From an uncultured Acidimicrobiaceae bacterium (GTDB taxonomy: Bacteria > Actinomycetota > Acidimicrobiia > Spongiisociales > SHLN01): DNA of 64,000 nucleotides. The position numbers were made by a program, and so were the translations under genes. Below are positions 1 through 9,705 of this stretch, piece after piece. The stretch spans positions 481 through 64,480 of the forward strand of contig CAMYMH010000011.1 in assembly GCA_947259275.1 (NCBI GenBank), read 5' to 3'. Under the pieces are notes generated by a model that was not told the origin of the DNA, made no database searches, and saw only the letters and a program-made list of their open reading frames with translations. The first letter of the stretch is position 1. Every line of letters begins with the position of its first letter.

Positions 1-111
1 AACCGGGTCCTCGACCACACCCGGCCGGTCGATTATTCCGCTTTGGTAGGGGAGCAGCGGGGCGATAGGCCGGGAGAAGGTACGACCGTCGACACCGACT
101 TCTCCCGGTAA
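1..111 (+). CDS. Probable 3' end of a CDS entering from the left edge (product unknown)
   Basis: Frame 1 is open from base 1 to TAA at 109-111 (NRVLDHTRPVDYSALVGEQRGDRPGEGTTVDTDFSR*), convergent with the next gene. Confidence 0.35.
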   Translation, partial: NRVLDHTRPVDYSALVGEQRGDRPGEGTTVDTDFSR

Positions 112-148
112 ACGGTCTTCGAGTGAACGGGTTGACGTTGCCCGGCCT

Positions 149-718
149 CTAGGCCTCGCTGCCGACTTCGTCGCTCTCCTCCGACTCCCGGCCTGCCTGC
201 GCTGACTTGGAGTCTACGTAGAGATCTGCTGCGCCGATGCTCGGAAATGTGATGATCGGAGCCGCGATGACTCCCAATACCGGTACCAGTCTCAGCGCCA
301 CGAGGGTGAAGGTTGCCACCCCAACTATCGCCAAGGAACGGGCCTGCCAGCTGTGATGCACCTCTCGGCGGAGGGCGACAACTCCGCCGGCACCGAAGCC
401 TGCCACCAAGCCGGTGACGGCGTCCCGGGCCAGGGCTGATACCGGTAAGGCGACGGCCACCGCCAACAGCAGGGCGGCCACGGTGGCGCCCCCCAACTCC
501 GGCTGGCGAGAAATGGCTCCCAGCGCCACGAATACAAACGGCATCAGCGCAAGCCCGAAGGCAAGGGCCGGGCCCGGCGGGGGACCGTCTTCGAACTCTG
601 AAGCCACGAAGGCAAAGACAATTGCCCAGTAGCTGGCCAGCATCAGGGTGGTTCCTACCGCGATCGCCCACCATTTTTGGCGCGCCAGCCGTTTGGATTT
701 GGTTTGGTCGGTTGTCAC
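149..718 (-). CDS. Hypothetical integral membrane protein
   Basis: 189 aa with about 5-6 hydrophobic segments; lies directly downstream of the ABC permease on the same strand. Confidence 0.75.
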   Translation of the reverse strand: MTTDQTKSKRLARQKWWAIAVGTTLMLASYWAIVFAFVASEFEDGPPPGPALAFGLALMPFVFVALGAISRQPELGGATVAALLLAVAVALPVSALARDAVTGLVAGFGAGGVVALRREVHHSWQARSLAIVGVATFTLVALRLVPVLGVIAAPIITFPSIGAADLYVDSKSAQAGRESEESDEVGSEA

Positions 719-763
719 GGCAGAGCCAGCGTAGTGCTGAGGAATGCGATTCGGCCGGCCGGA

Positions 764-1711
764 TTACCCCTTGACGCCGCCGGCGGTGAGGCCGCGCACG
801 AAGAAGCGCTGCAACGAGAAGAACACCACCAAGGGCAAGACCATCGAGATGAACGCCCCGGCAGTGAGCAGGTGAAATGCCTCGCCCCGGCCCCCGATCA
901 GATTGGTGAGCGCCTTGGTTATCACTTCTACGTCGGAGTCGCCGCCGAGGAAGATCAGGGCTACCAGCAGGTCGTTCCATGTCCATAGGAACTGGAAGAT
1001 CGCAAAGGAGGCGAGGACCGGGACCGAGAGCGGCACGATCAGTCGGGTGAAGATCTGGAAATGGGTGGCGCCGTCAATCTCAGCCGACTCTATGAGTGAG
1101 CCGGGCAACGACCCCATGTAGTTCCTCAGTAGGTACACCGCCAGGGGTAAACCGAAGCCGGTGTGAGCGAGCCACACCGCCAGAAACGTGCCATTGAGGT
1201 TGAGATCGGGAAAGATCGTGACACCGAGGAAGTGGCCTCCACCCGTGTACAGGCGCAGAATGGGGATGAGTGCCATCTGCAGAGGAACGACCAGCAAGCC
1301 GACGACGATCACGAAGATGAGGTTGCGGGCCGGGAAGTTCATCCAGGAAAAGGCATAGGCGGCAAAAGCGGCCACCGTAATCGGGATCACGGTGGCCGGC
1401 ACCGTCACCGACAGGGTGTTTAGGAAGGCGTTGCCAAATCCGCGCTTATTGAGCACCTCGTCGTAGTTCTCGAGGGTCCAGGAGCCGGAATCGAACAGAT
1501 TTCCGAACACCGTCCACCAGCCGGAGCTGTCGATGTCCGCCCGGGGCCGGAACGAAGTGATCAGCATTCCCAGGGTCGGTACCAGCCAGATCACGATGAT
1601 GGCGAGCACCACCAATTTGACCGGCCACTTGTTCGTCAGTCGCTGCCAGAAACTTGGCTCCGGCGCGGCCTGGACGTCGTGCTCGACGGGAGCGTCCGCG
1701 ATGGCTGTCAT
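764..1711 (-). CDS. Carbohydrate ABC transporter permease (AglG/MalG-like)
   Basis: EAA-like loop 'LIESAEIDGA', 'FLWTWNDLL', C-terminal 'QRFFVRGLTAGGVKG'. Confidence 0.95.
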   Translation of the reverse strand: MTAIADAPVEHDVQAAPEPSFWQRLTNKWPVKLVVLAIIVIWLVPTLGMLITSFRPRADIDSSGWWTVFGNLFDSGSWTLENYDEVLNKRGFGNAFLNTLSVTVPATVIPITVAAFAAYAFSWMNFPARNLIFVIVVGLLVVPLQMALIPILRLYTGGGHFLGVTIFPDLNLNGTFLAVWLAHTGFGLPLAVYLLRNYMGSLPGSLIESAEIDGATHFQIFTRLIVPLSVPVLASFAIFQFLWTWNDLLVALIFLGGDSDVEVITKALTNLIGGRGEAFHLLTAGAFISMVLPLVVFFSLQRFFVRGLTAGGVKG

Positions 1712-2877
1712 CTCAGCTCCTCCTGTGCCCGGAATTGACGCACGTTTATGTACATGATGGGAATCACCGCCAGGAAGAGAACCACCGCCAGGGCGGCCCC
1801 CACCCCGTCATTGCGGAAGGTGAAGAACTCGGTGACCATGCGCTCGGCCACTACCGACGTGTCGTCCTGGCCTCCGGTCATGACGAAGACGATGTCAAAG
1901 ACTTTCCAGACGGTGATGACGATGGTGGTGGTCACCACCACCATCGTCGAGGCGATGGTGGGAAAGATCACCCGCCAGAACACCTGAAACTCGTTGGCAC
2001 CGTCGATGCGCGCGGCCTCGAGGATGTCTTCCGGCACCGCCTTGATGGCCGACGAGAGGATGACCATGGCGAAGCCGGTCTGGAGCCAGATGAGGATCAC
2101 CATGAGATACAGGTTGTTGAACGGCTCCTGTCTGAGCCAGTCGATGGCTTCGAAGCCAATCCCCTCCCAGATGCTGTTGAGCAGGCCGATCTGCTCACCA
2201 AAGCCGGGGGGGCGGAAGCTGTAGACGAACCGCCACACGATGCTGGCGCCTACGAAGGAGATGGCCATCGGCATGAAGATCATCGATTTCGAGAGGCTCT
2301 CCGCTCGGCTGCTCAGTTTGTCGACCAGGACGGCGAAGCCCAGTCCGATGGCAACGGCGAAGAATGGCACCAGGATCACCCACAACACGCTGTTGCGAAT
2401 GGATATCAGGGTGTCGGCGTTGGTGAATATCTCTTGGAAGTTGTCGAATCCGACGAAGCTCTCACCGTCGCGGTCCTTGAAGCTGAGGATGGTGGTGTTG
2501 ATGGCCGGGTACACGAGGTAGACGGACAAGATGACCAGGGCCGGTCCGACGAACACGAAAGGCCGCACCGATTCCCGGACGTGCTCGGGGAGCAGGTTGA
2601 CCACCGTGTCCATGCCGAAGTAGAGAGCAAAGACGCCAAAGACGCCGACGAGAATGGCGACTGCCATCACCAGGAAGCGGTTGGCTTCGGCGTCGCGCAA
2701 GAAGTCGAATGTCACCCACAGGAGGAAGAAAGCCGCGATGGGGATGGCCAGCGCGAAGGCGACCCGGAGGGCATAGACGAGCGGTCCCCGCTGTTGCGCT
2801 TCCTCGGAGAAGGCGCGAGGTCCGCTCGAGCGCGGTTCTTTCGTTGTGACCGGTGGTTCGTGACCCTTGTCGGTCAA
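1708..2877 (-). CDS. Carbohydrate ABC transporter permease (AglF/MalF-like)
   Basis: 'ILEAARIDGA' EAA motif, 'KVFDIVFVMTGG'; ATGA overlap with the next permease. Confidence 0.95.
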   Translation of the reverse strand: MTDKGHEPPVTTKEPRSSGPRAFSEEAQQRGPLVYALRVAFALAIPIAAFFLLWVTFDFLRDAEANRFLVMAVAILVGVFGVFALYFGMDTVVNLLPEHVRESVRPFVFVGPALVILSVYLVYPAINTTILSFKDRDGESFVGFDNFQEIFTNADTLISIRNSVLWVILVPFFAVAIGLGFAVLVDKLSSRAESLSKSMIFMPMAISFVGASIVWRFVYSFRPPGFGEQIGLLNSIWEGIGFEAIDWLRQEPFNNLYLMVILIWLQTGFAMVILSSAIKAVPEDILEAARIDGANEFQVFWRVIFPTIASTMVVVTTTIVITVWKVFDIVFVMTGGQDDTSVVAERMVTEFFTFRNDGVGAALAVVLFLAVIPIMYINVRQFRAQEELR

Positions 2878-2928
2878 AACCCGCCTCCCGACGATCCGCC
2901 GTGCGTGCTACTCGGCGACCCTAGCACG

Positions 2929-2959
2929 CGGAGAGGCGGCCCGTCGGGCCGCCTCTCCG
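2929..2959 (-). terminator. Strong stem-loop after the substrate-binding protein gene (terminator or mRNA stabiliser)
   Basis: Perfect 14-bp stem CGGAGAGGCGGCCC-gtc-GGGCCGCCTCTCCG. Confidence 0.6.
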
Positions 2960-2983
2960 GTAGTTGTTTGTGGTCGCGGAGGC

Positions 2984-4345
2984 TCAGCCGGTTGGCCAGC
3001 CTGCTTCGATTTCGTCGGCTACCTCTTGGGCTGACTTGCCCTCGACCCAGTCGACCATACCCTCCCAGAAGGTGCCTGCACCGACCTCTGAGGGCATCAA
3101 GTCGGAGGCGTCGAACACGAATGTGTTCGAGGCGAGCGCCCCGGTGATCGACGTCGCGATCGCCTTGGCCCCCTCCGTCTCGTAGCAGTCGGGCGAGATG
3201 TCCTTGTGGCCCGGCAGTCGCTCGACGCCCGCCACACCGTGTCCGCCCAGAGCACTGGCGGTCCCGCCACTGGCCGAGGCGAGCACGCATCCCCACTCAG
3301 GAGTGATCCAGTCCTTGATGGCTTGCACGACCTGCGGACTGTCATTGAAGACCATCAGGTTGTCGCCGCCTCCCAGGGCACCGGTGTTGCCACCGATGGT
3401 CGGGAAGGGGAAGAACTTCACGATGTCGGTTCCACCCTCGGGGAAGAAGTTCTGGATGAACGAACCCTGTTTGAGCATGAGGCAGCTGGGCGGGTCGTTG
3501 AACAACGGCAGCGGGCTCTGCTGGAAGCTCACCCCTGCCACGTTATCTGCTCCGCCGAGCACGAAGCCTTCGCCGAACATGATCTCGCCGAAGAGGTCGA
3601 AAGCCTCGATGATCTCGGGGTCGTTGAACGGGATGTCATGCTTGAACCACTGAGCGAAGACCTCACCGCCGGAATTGCGGACGACGATGTCCTCGAGCCA
3701 GTCGGTGCCGGGCCAGCCCGGAGGGCCGGCGTCCTGCCCGAACCCGAAGCACCAGGGTGTCATCCCATCGGCCACGATCTTCTCGCTCAGCGAGACCAGG
3801 TCCTCATAGGTTGCCGGGATCTCATATCCGTTGGCCGTGAAGGTGGGCTCGTGATAGAAGATGATGCTCTTGAAGTTGGGGAACCACGGGATGGCGTAGT
3901 GCTCGCCGTCGGCGGCGATGCCCAGGTCCATCCAGAACTTGCCGTGGTTGGCTTCCATCTCGGCGATGTCGAAGCCCATGTCTTCCAACGATGCCAACTC
4001 GCCCTGGTCGGCGAACTCAACGATCTTGGCCGGCTGTGGCGCGAATGCGACATCAGGCGGATTTCCACCGTCGACCCGGATCACAATCTCCTGCTCAAAC
4101 GCGTCCGAGCCCTCGTACTGGAGCTCCGAACCCATCTCGGTGTTGTAGACATCGAGGAACCCCTGCAAGGCGTCGCCCTCGTCTCCTGTCGGCGCCCCGA
4201 AAAGGGAGAAATCGGCCCCGGCCATTATGCCGTCTCCGTTGCCTCCGCCTCCGCCGCTTGTGGTGTCAGTCGTGTCGTCGTCGCCGCAGGCTGCGGCGAC
4301 CATCGCCAGCGCTAGAAGCAGCGCCAGCCATTTGAAGCGTCTCAC
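2984..4345 (-). CDS. Sugar ABC transporter substrate-binding lipoprotein (AglE-like, alpha-glucoside family)
   Basis: Lipobox 'VAAAC', 'GNPPD', 'GWPGTDWLED', 'FDASDLMP.EVGAGTFW'; RBS GAGGAGG. Confidence 0.93.
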   Translation of the reverse strand: MRRFKWLALLLALAMVAAACGDDDTTDTTSGGGGGNGDGIMAGADFSLFGAPTGDEGDALQGFLDVYNTEMGSELQYEGSDAFEQEIVIRVDGGNPPDVAFAPQPAKIVEFADQGELASLEDMGFDIAEMEANHGKFWMDLGIAADGEHYAIPWFPNFKSIIFYHEPTFTANGYEIPATYEDLVSLSEKIVADGMTPWCFGFGQDAGPPGWPGTDWLEDIVVRNSGGEVFAQWFKHDIPFNDPEIIEAFDLFGEIMFGEGFVLGGADNVAGVSFQQSPLPLFNDPPSCLMLKQGSFIQNFFPEGGTDIVKFFPFPTIGGNTGALGGGDNLMVFNDSPQVVQAIKDWITPEWGCVLASASGGTASALGGHGVAGVERLPGHKDISPDCYETEGAKAIATSITGALASNTFVFDASDLMPSEVGAGTFWEGMVDWVEGKSAQEVADEIEAGWPTG

Positions 4346-4498
4346 TTCGTGTCCTCCTCATTGTTAGGGATCGTCACCCACCCTGCGGGGGACGATCCAT
4401 ACCCGAGGCTAGTGCCCCGTGAGTTTCCTAACCAGTGGGCTTTCGGTCCTAGGCGTCCCAATAATTGCCAGAGGACTCGCGGTCTAGGGTGATGGGCG

Positions 4499-5278
4499 AT
4501 GCGTCATTGCTACGTGGTTCGCGTATTCACCGTGGGGACCGTGGGCGGAAACGCCCTCGGGGTGATCCCCGACTCGACAGGTCTCGACTTGGGCGCCATG
4601 CAGCGGATCGCCGCCGATCTCGGGTTTTCGGAGACCGTGTTCATTGATTGGCCGTCGGGCGAAATGCCGACGCTGCGCATCTTCACGCCGGCGGCCGAGA
4701 TGCCCTTCGCCGGCCACCCGCTGGTGGGAACCGCCTGGGTACTCAACCAGATGGGTCCCGGGGTCGACACGATGTCCATCCAGATCGGCGAGGTCGGCGT
4801 TCGCATGGAGGATGAACTCGTGTGGGTGAGCCCGCCTCCCATCGACCAGCCCACTCGAGAGGCGTCTGTCGATGAGGCCGCAAGCTGCGGCGTCAAAGCC
4901 ACCCGGGCCTGGCGAGTGGCGGTGCCCTCCGACTATCTCGTCGCCGAAGTCGCATCCGAGGCCGACCTGGTCACGACCGAGCCGGATCTCGAGGCGGTAT
5001 CCGAGGCGGCGGACGGCCTCTACGTCTTCCACGGCCATGGCCTGACCCGGTCTCGGTTCTTCGCGCCCCGCCTCGGGGTCGACGAGGACCCGGCCACCGG
5101 TTCGGCGGCGGTGGCGCTGTGCGCGGTCTCCCGCTTGCTGGGTCGGGAATCCGGCGCGGCCCAGATCGTCCAGGGCCTCCCGGGTGCTCTCTCCGAAATC
5201 CACCTGACCTGGGACGGTCTCGCCGTCGAGCTCGGGGGCCGGGTGGTGAAGGACGAGGTGCGGTCGCTCGACCACTGA
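4499..5278 (+). CDS. PhzF family epimerase/isomerase
   Basis: 'GGNALGV', 'FSETVF', 'RIFTPAAEMPFAGHP', 'EDPATGSA'. Confidence 0.93.
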   Translation: MRHCYVVRVFTVGTVGGNALGVIPDSTGLDLGAMQRIAADLGFSETVFIDWPSGEMPTLRIFTPAAEMPFAGHPLVGTAWVLNQMGPGVDTMSIQIGEVGVRMEDELVWVSPPPIDQPTREASVDEAASCGVKATRAWRVAVPSDYLVAEVASEADLVTTEPDLEAVSEAADGLYVFHGHGLTRSRFFAPRLGVDEDPATGSAAVALCAVSRLLGRESGAAQIVQGLPGALSEIHLTWDGLAVELGGRVVKDEVRSLDH

Positions 5279-5296
5279 CGGGGGCGACGCTCTGGG

Positions 5297-6355
5297 TTAC
5301 AAGTCGGATGCAGACCCGAGGAGGTCCCGCTCCACCCGGAGCATCATGCGGGTGGCCCAGCGCCGGGAGAGGGCGGCCGGCAGCGAGGAAAGAACGATGG
5401 CGGTGGTCGTTCCCGGCCCTCGCCACCCGGACATACCAACCTTCTGAGCGCACCAGCTGTAATGCCGGTCGGTGCGGAGGAGCATCAGCACCGCCGAGGC
5501 ACGGGCCGGGCTGAAGCGGCGAGTGGGCAATTGCCCGGCCAGCCGAATGTAGGCGGATACCTGCGGCAGCGCTTGCGCCATCAGGTGTCGGCGGGCCCGG
5601 CGGACGGGGTCCACGGCATCGAGGCGGCCCAAGTGAGGAAGCAAGACGGGGTGATATCCGGCCCCTCGTACGAGGTCCTTCTCGATATCGCGGGTGATAT
5701 TGGCGATTTGGATCAGCTCGCTGGACGCCAGTGCGTCCCGATGCTGATTACCGGTGAGGTCCGTCCCTCCCAGCAGCAGCAAAGTGAAAAGGGCCGGTTC
5801 ACCCATGACATAGTGGCAGTAGCGCCTGACTTGCTCGGCGTCGATCAGCACGCCGCCTTGTTCGGCAAATCGTTGGGAAGCCCAGATCATGCCGTCGGCC
5901 ATCGCCTCGACCAGACCGATGATTCTCTCCCGGTCGACATCGTCCAACGACGCCAACACCGTATCGATCAGGGCGCACCGGTCGATGAGAAGCAAGTGGG
6001 CGCGGTCCCGATCGTCCTGCGGGGTCGGCTTGACGGCGGGGGGAGGCTCCAGGGTTCGCATCCGGGCGGCAAAGGCGGAGAGAGCGGCTTCCCGGTCGGC
6101 CGGGCCGGTCACATCTTCGTAGCTGTCGAGCATCCGGCAGTAGAGATAGGCAACCGCCGCCGTGAGCGCCTGTCGAGACGGGAGCATCAGGATGCTGGTG
6201 GCGAAGCTGCGGGCGGCATGAGGGAGGATCGCCCACACGAAGCGATCCGGGTCCTCAATCGCGCCCAGCTGGGCCAGATCCGGCCGGTCGCGGTCGGTTC
6301 GTGAGCTCTGAATCAGCAGCCAGGGCCGCTGGAGCGCGAAGGGAATCCTCATCAT
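5297..6355 (-). CDS. Squalene/phytoene synthase family protein
   Basis: 'ARSFA', 'YLYCRMLDSYED', 'YCHYVMG', 'QIANITRDIEKD' Asp-rich motifs. Confidence 0.88.
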   Translation of the reverse strand: MMRIPFALQRPWLLIQSSRTDRDRPDLAQLGAIEDPDRFVWAILPHAARSFATSILMLPSRQALTAAVAYLYCRMLDSYEDVTGPADREAALSAFAARMRTLEPPPAVKPTPQDDRDRAHLLLIDRCALIDTVLASLDDVDRERIIGLVEAMADGMIWASQRFAEQGGVLIDAEQVRRYCHYVMGEPALFTLLLLGGTDLTGNQHRDALASSELIQIANITRDIEKDLVRGAGYHPVLLPHLGRLDAVDPVRRARRHLMAQALPQVSAYIRLAGQLPTRRFSPARASAVLMLLRTDRHYSWCAQKVGMSGWRGPGTTTAIVLSSLPAALSRRWATRMMLRVERDLLGSASDL

Positions 6356-6393
6356 CGAAGCAAGATACCCCGGGAGTGTGGGCGAGGAACCGT

Positions 6394-6442
6394 GCCTATC
6401 GCCTACCGCCTACCGCCTACCGCCTACCGCCCACCGCCTAGC
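6394..6442. repeat. Heptamer tandem array (GCCTACC)x~7
   Basis: gcctatc gcctacc x4 gcccacc gcctagc, between divergent genes. Confidence 0.95.
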
Positions 6443-6476
6443 GTGGGTATGGCAATCCGGGATTGGAGGGAGCATC

Positions 6477-7694
6477 GTGAGCCGTATCGAGTCCGATCTC
6501 CGCACGCTGGTGTCGATTCCATCGGTCACGGGCGACGAGGCCGCCTGCCAGGACCATGTTGCCGAATGGCTGTCGGATCGCGGTCTCCGGGTGGAGCGGA
6601 TTGAAACCGATCCGACCTCCCTCATGTCTGATCCTGCCTTTCCCGGCTTTGAGATGCCGCGGACGCGGCTCCCGGTGGTAGCGGGGCATCTCGATACCGG
6701 TCATCCGGGCCCGCGGGTGATCCTGGTCGGTCACGTCGATGTGGTCCCACCGGGTAACGCGGCCGCGTGGTCGCGGCCGGCATTCGAGCCGTGGGTGGAG
6801 GATGGCCGTCTCTACGGCCGGGGTGCCTGCGACATGAAGGGGGGATTGGTCGCCGCCGTCGAGGCCGTGCGGAGGGTGATTGAGGAGGGCGGCCACCTCG
6901 TCGGTGAAGTCATCATCCTGGCGGTTCCGTCAGAGGAGGACGGTGGGGCCGGTTCGCTCTCGGCGATCCGCGCCGGGTACACCGGTGACGCCTGTGTGAT
7001 TACCGAGCCGACCGGGCTGGAGATCGTGGTCGCGCATGCGGGTGCCATCACCTTCACGCTGGAGGTGCCGGGAAAGGCGGCCCATGCCTCGATGCGCCGC
7101 GAAGGGGTTTCGGCCCTCGAGCATCTCCAATACCTGAATGCGGCGCTGTCCGATGACGAGCGAGCCCGCAACCAAGCGGAGACACATCCGCTCATGCGGG
7201 CGATCGGGCTGCCATATCCCACGATCATCGGGCAGGTCGAGGGCGGATCTTGGGCGTCCACTGTCATGGATCGGGTGGTCGCCCACGGGCGCTACGGAGT
7301 CCGTCTCGGTCAGGAATGCGACGGGGCCGCCGAGGAGCTGCGGTCGGTGGTGACGGAGGCCTGGAAGGCCCATCCCTTTCTCGCCGATCGACCGGTCGGG
7401 TTCCGGGTGTGGGGAGCCAGGTTCGACTCGGCTTCGATCGATCCCGACCATGAGTTGCCGATCGGCCTGGCGGCGGCCTTCGAAGCCGTCACGGGACGGG
7501 ACACCGGGAGAGTCGGAGTCCCGTACGGTGCCGACATGCGCCTGTTCATCAACGAGGGGAACACGCCGACCGTCATGTTCGGGCCCGGTGATGTTCGGGT
7601 CGCCCATGCCGCCGACGAGTACGTTCGGCTCGATGAGGTCGAAGCCTGTGCCGCCACGCTCGCTCGGTGGCTGAACGAGGTGTGTGCGGGTTGA
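6477..7694 (+). CDS. ArgE/DapE family M20 deacylase
   Basis: 'GHVDVVP', 'GRGACDMKGG', 'SEEDGG', 'EPT', 'AHAADEY'; GTG start after a GGAGG RBS. Confidence 0.93.
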   Translation: MSRIESDLRTLVSIPSVTGDEAACQDHVAEWLSDRGLRVERIETDPTSLMSDPAFPGFEMPRTRLPVVAGHLDTGHPGPRVILVGHVDVVPPGNAAAWSRPAFEPWVEDGRLYGRGACDMKGGLVAAVEAVRRVIEEGGHLVGEVIILAVPSEEDGGAGSLSAIRAGYTGDACVITEPTGLEIVVAHAGAITFTLEVPGKAAHASMRREGVSALEHLQYLNAALSDDERARNQAETHPLMRAIGLPYPTIIGQVEGGSWASTVMDRVVAHGRYGVRLGQECDGAAEELRSVVTEAWKAHPFLADRPVGFRVWGARFDSASIDPDHELPIGLAAAFEAVTGRDTGRVGVPYGADMRLFINEGNTPTVMFGPGDVRVAHAADEYVRLDEVEACAATLARWLNEVCAG

Positions 7695-7716
7695 CCGCCC
7701 GAGTAGTCGCCAGTCG

Positions 7717-7807
7717 CAAGACCCAAGACCCAAGACCCAAGACCCAAGACCCAAGACCCAAGACCCAAGACCCAAGACCCAAGACCCAAGACCCAAGACC
7801 CAAGACC
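7717..7807. repeat. Perfect heptamer tandem array (CAAGACC)x13
   Basis: 13 exact copies between convergent argE-like and fpg genes, preceded by AGTCGCC AGTCGCA. Confidence 0.98.
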
Positions 7808-7829
7808 CATCAACGGAGGATCTTCCGGT

Positions 7830-8717
7830 TCACTCCAGATCCTCCAATGTCTTGGGCCATTCGTCCTTGAGGATCCGCGATAGGGAGCGGTCGGCGAGGA
7901 TCTTGCCGCCGGTTTGGCAGCCCGGGCAGTAGTTGAGCTCGTTGGCGGTGGCGTAGACGATGCGCTGGATCGGCGATCCACACACCGGGCACTCCTGCTT
8001 GAACTTTCCGTGGACCGCCATCTCGGCGTGGAACGCAGTCACCTTGTCCGGAAAGCCGTCACCCAGTTCATCTCGCAGCCGGTCGGTCCATTCGGTCAAG
8101 ATCTCGACGGCAGCGTCGTAGACGGTCTCGGCCTCCTCCCGGGTCATCTGGCTGGTGAGTTTGAACGGTGACATCTTGGCCCGGTGCAAGATCTCGTCCG
8201 AGTAGGCGTTGCCAATGCCGCTGAACAGGCGCTGATCGGTGAGTGCCCGCTTGACCGTGTGCCGGGCGGCCGTTATCGCCTCGACGAACTCGTCGGTGGT
8301 GGCGGTGAGAACCTCGAGGCCGCCGCGGTCGTGCTCGGCGAGGGCCTCCTCGCCCCGAACCAGGTGGAGGGTGGCCCGTTTCTTGGTGCTCTGTTCGGTC
8401 AGCAAGATGGTGCCGTCCGGGAAGTCAAAAGCAGCCAGGCCGACCCGCTTGGGTACGGTCGTCCCCTTCGGCTTCCAACGCAGGCGACCCGAGATCATCA
8501 AGTGAAGCACGAGGAAGAGGTCGTCTTCCAGTTGGAACACGATCCGTTTGCCGAGGCGTCGCAGGCCGATCACCGTCTTGCCGTTTGCGGTGTCGATCGG
8601 CGGATCGTATGACCCGAGCAAGGAGATTCCGGCGATGCGGATCCGCTCGAGCTTCTGGCCCATTACGTAGCGATTGAGCGCTTCGAGATAAATCGTGATA
8701 TCCGGAAGTTCAGGCAC
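7830..8717 (-). CDS. Fpg/Nei family DNA glycosylase
   Basis: N-terminal 'PELPD', 'HLMISG', H2TH 'SGIGNAYSDEILH', zinc finger CPVC..CPGC. Confidence 0.95.
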   Translation of the reverse strand: MPELPDITIYLEALNRYVMGQKLERIRIAGISLLGSYDPPIDTANGKTVIGLRRLGKRIVFQLEDDLFLVLHLMISGRLRWKPKGTTVPKRVGLAAFDFPDGTILLTEQSTKKRATLHLVRGEEALAEHDRGGLEVLTATTDEFVEAITAARHTVKRALTDQRLFSGIGNAYSDEILHRAKMSPFKLTSQMTREEAETVYDAAVEILTEWTDRLRDELGDGFPDKVTAFHAEMAVHGKFKQECPVCGSPIQRIVYATANELNYCPGCQTGGKILADRSLSRILKDEWPKTLEDLE

Positions 8718-8790
8718 GATGCTTCATTCTCGCGGCTACCGAGAGCTGAGGTTGAACCAGCAGCTTGCCCCGACCGTAGACTCTCCTTCC

Positions 8791-9705
8791 ATGGCCGGAT
8801 CATCGGAATCACGGACGCTCGTCGTTCTCGCCCTCATCGCCAATATTCTCATCGCGATCATGAAGTTCGTGGCGGCCGCCATCACCGGCTCTGCCGCCAT
8901 GCTGGCCGAGGGGTTTCACTCGACTGCCGATAGCGGCAATCAGCTCTTCCTGCTTCGAGGCGCCGCCGTGTCGCGTTACGGGCCAAACGTGCGTTACCAG
9001 TTCGGGCGTGGCAAGGAGCTGTATTTCTGGTCGTTGATGGTGGCCGTCTTCCTCTTTGTCGGTGGCGCGGTCGTGTCCTTCTTCGAGGGTTACGAGCGGT
9101 TCCGGCACCCGGAAGAGACCTCCCATCTCGCCTGGAGCCTCGGGGTCCTGGCGGCGGCGGGCGTCTTTGAGATCGTTATCGCCTTCTGGCCGGCACTCAA
9201 GGAGTTCAATCACCGGCGGGGGAGCCGCAACGCCTGGCGGGCGATCCGTGAATCAAAGGACCCCGCGCTCATGGTGGTGCTGTTCGAAGACGCCGCCGCC
9301 GTCGCTGGTGTGATGATCGCCGCCTTCGGCATCCTGATGGGTGAGTGGACGGAAAACCCAAGATGGGACGGCGCCGCCTCCATGGCCATCGGCGTGCTGC
9401 TGGCGCTGGTGGCGTTTCTGGTCGCCTACGAGGTCAAGAGCATGCTGGTCGGGGAGAGCGCCAGTCGGCAAGTCCGTTCACAGATCCGCGCCGCGGTCCT
9501 CTCCCACCCGAACGTCGAGAGCATCGGTCGGCTGCTCACCATGCACATGGGACCAACCGACATCGTTGTCAACCTCGACGTCGACTTCCAGGATGGCCTC
9601 TCGGCCAACCAGGTGGAATCCACCATCGATGAAGTCGAGGCGGCCGTGCGCGAAGTGGCCCCACAAGCAACCCAGATCTTCGTGGAGCTCGAGTCGGCGC
9701 GATGA
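8791..9705 (+). CDS. Cation diffusion facilitator (CDF) transporter
   Basis: 'AEGFHSTADSGNQ', 'FGRGKELYFWS', 'LFEDAAA', C-terminal dimerisation domain. Confidence 0.93.
   Translation: MAGSSESRTLVVLALIANILIAIMKFVAAAITGSAAMLAEGFHSTADSGNQLFLLRGAAVSRYGPNVRYQFGRGKELYFWSLMVAVFLFVGGAVVSFFEGYERFRHPEETSHLAWSLGVLAAAGVFEIVIAFWPALKEFNHRRGSRNAWRAIRESKDPALMVVLFEDAAAVAGVMIAAFGILMGEWTENPRWDGAASMAIGVLLALVAFLVAYEVKSMLVGESASRQVRSQIRAAVLSHPNVESIGRLLTMHMGPTDIVVNLDVDFQDGLSANQVESTIDEVEAAVREVAPQATQIFVELESAR

Noticed and set aside
4432-4452. DosR-box-like sequence upstream of phzF / the sugar-binding protein gene
   Set aside because: Weak match, and the flanking genes are not typical regulon members
6930-7981. ORFs with 'LGLGSWV' or 'PRPKTQD' peptide repeats (also 32543-32970)
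   Set aside because: These are translations of the heptamer arrays, overlapping real genes and lacking an RBS
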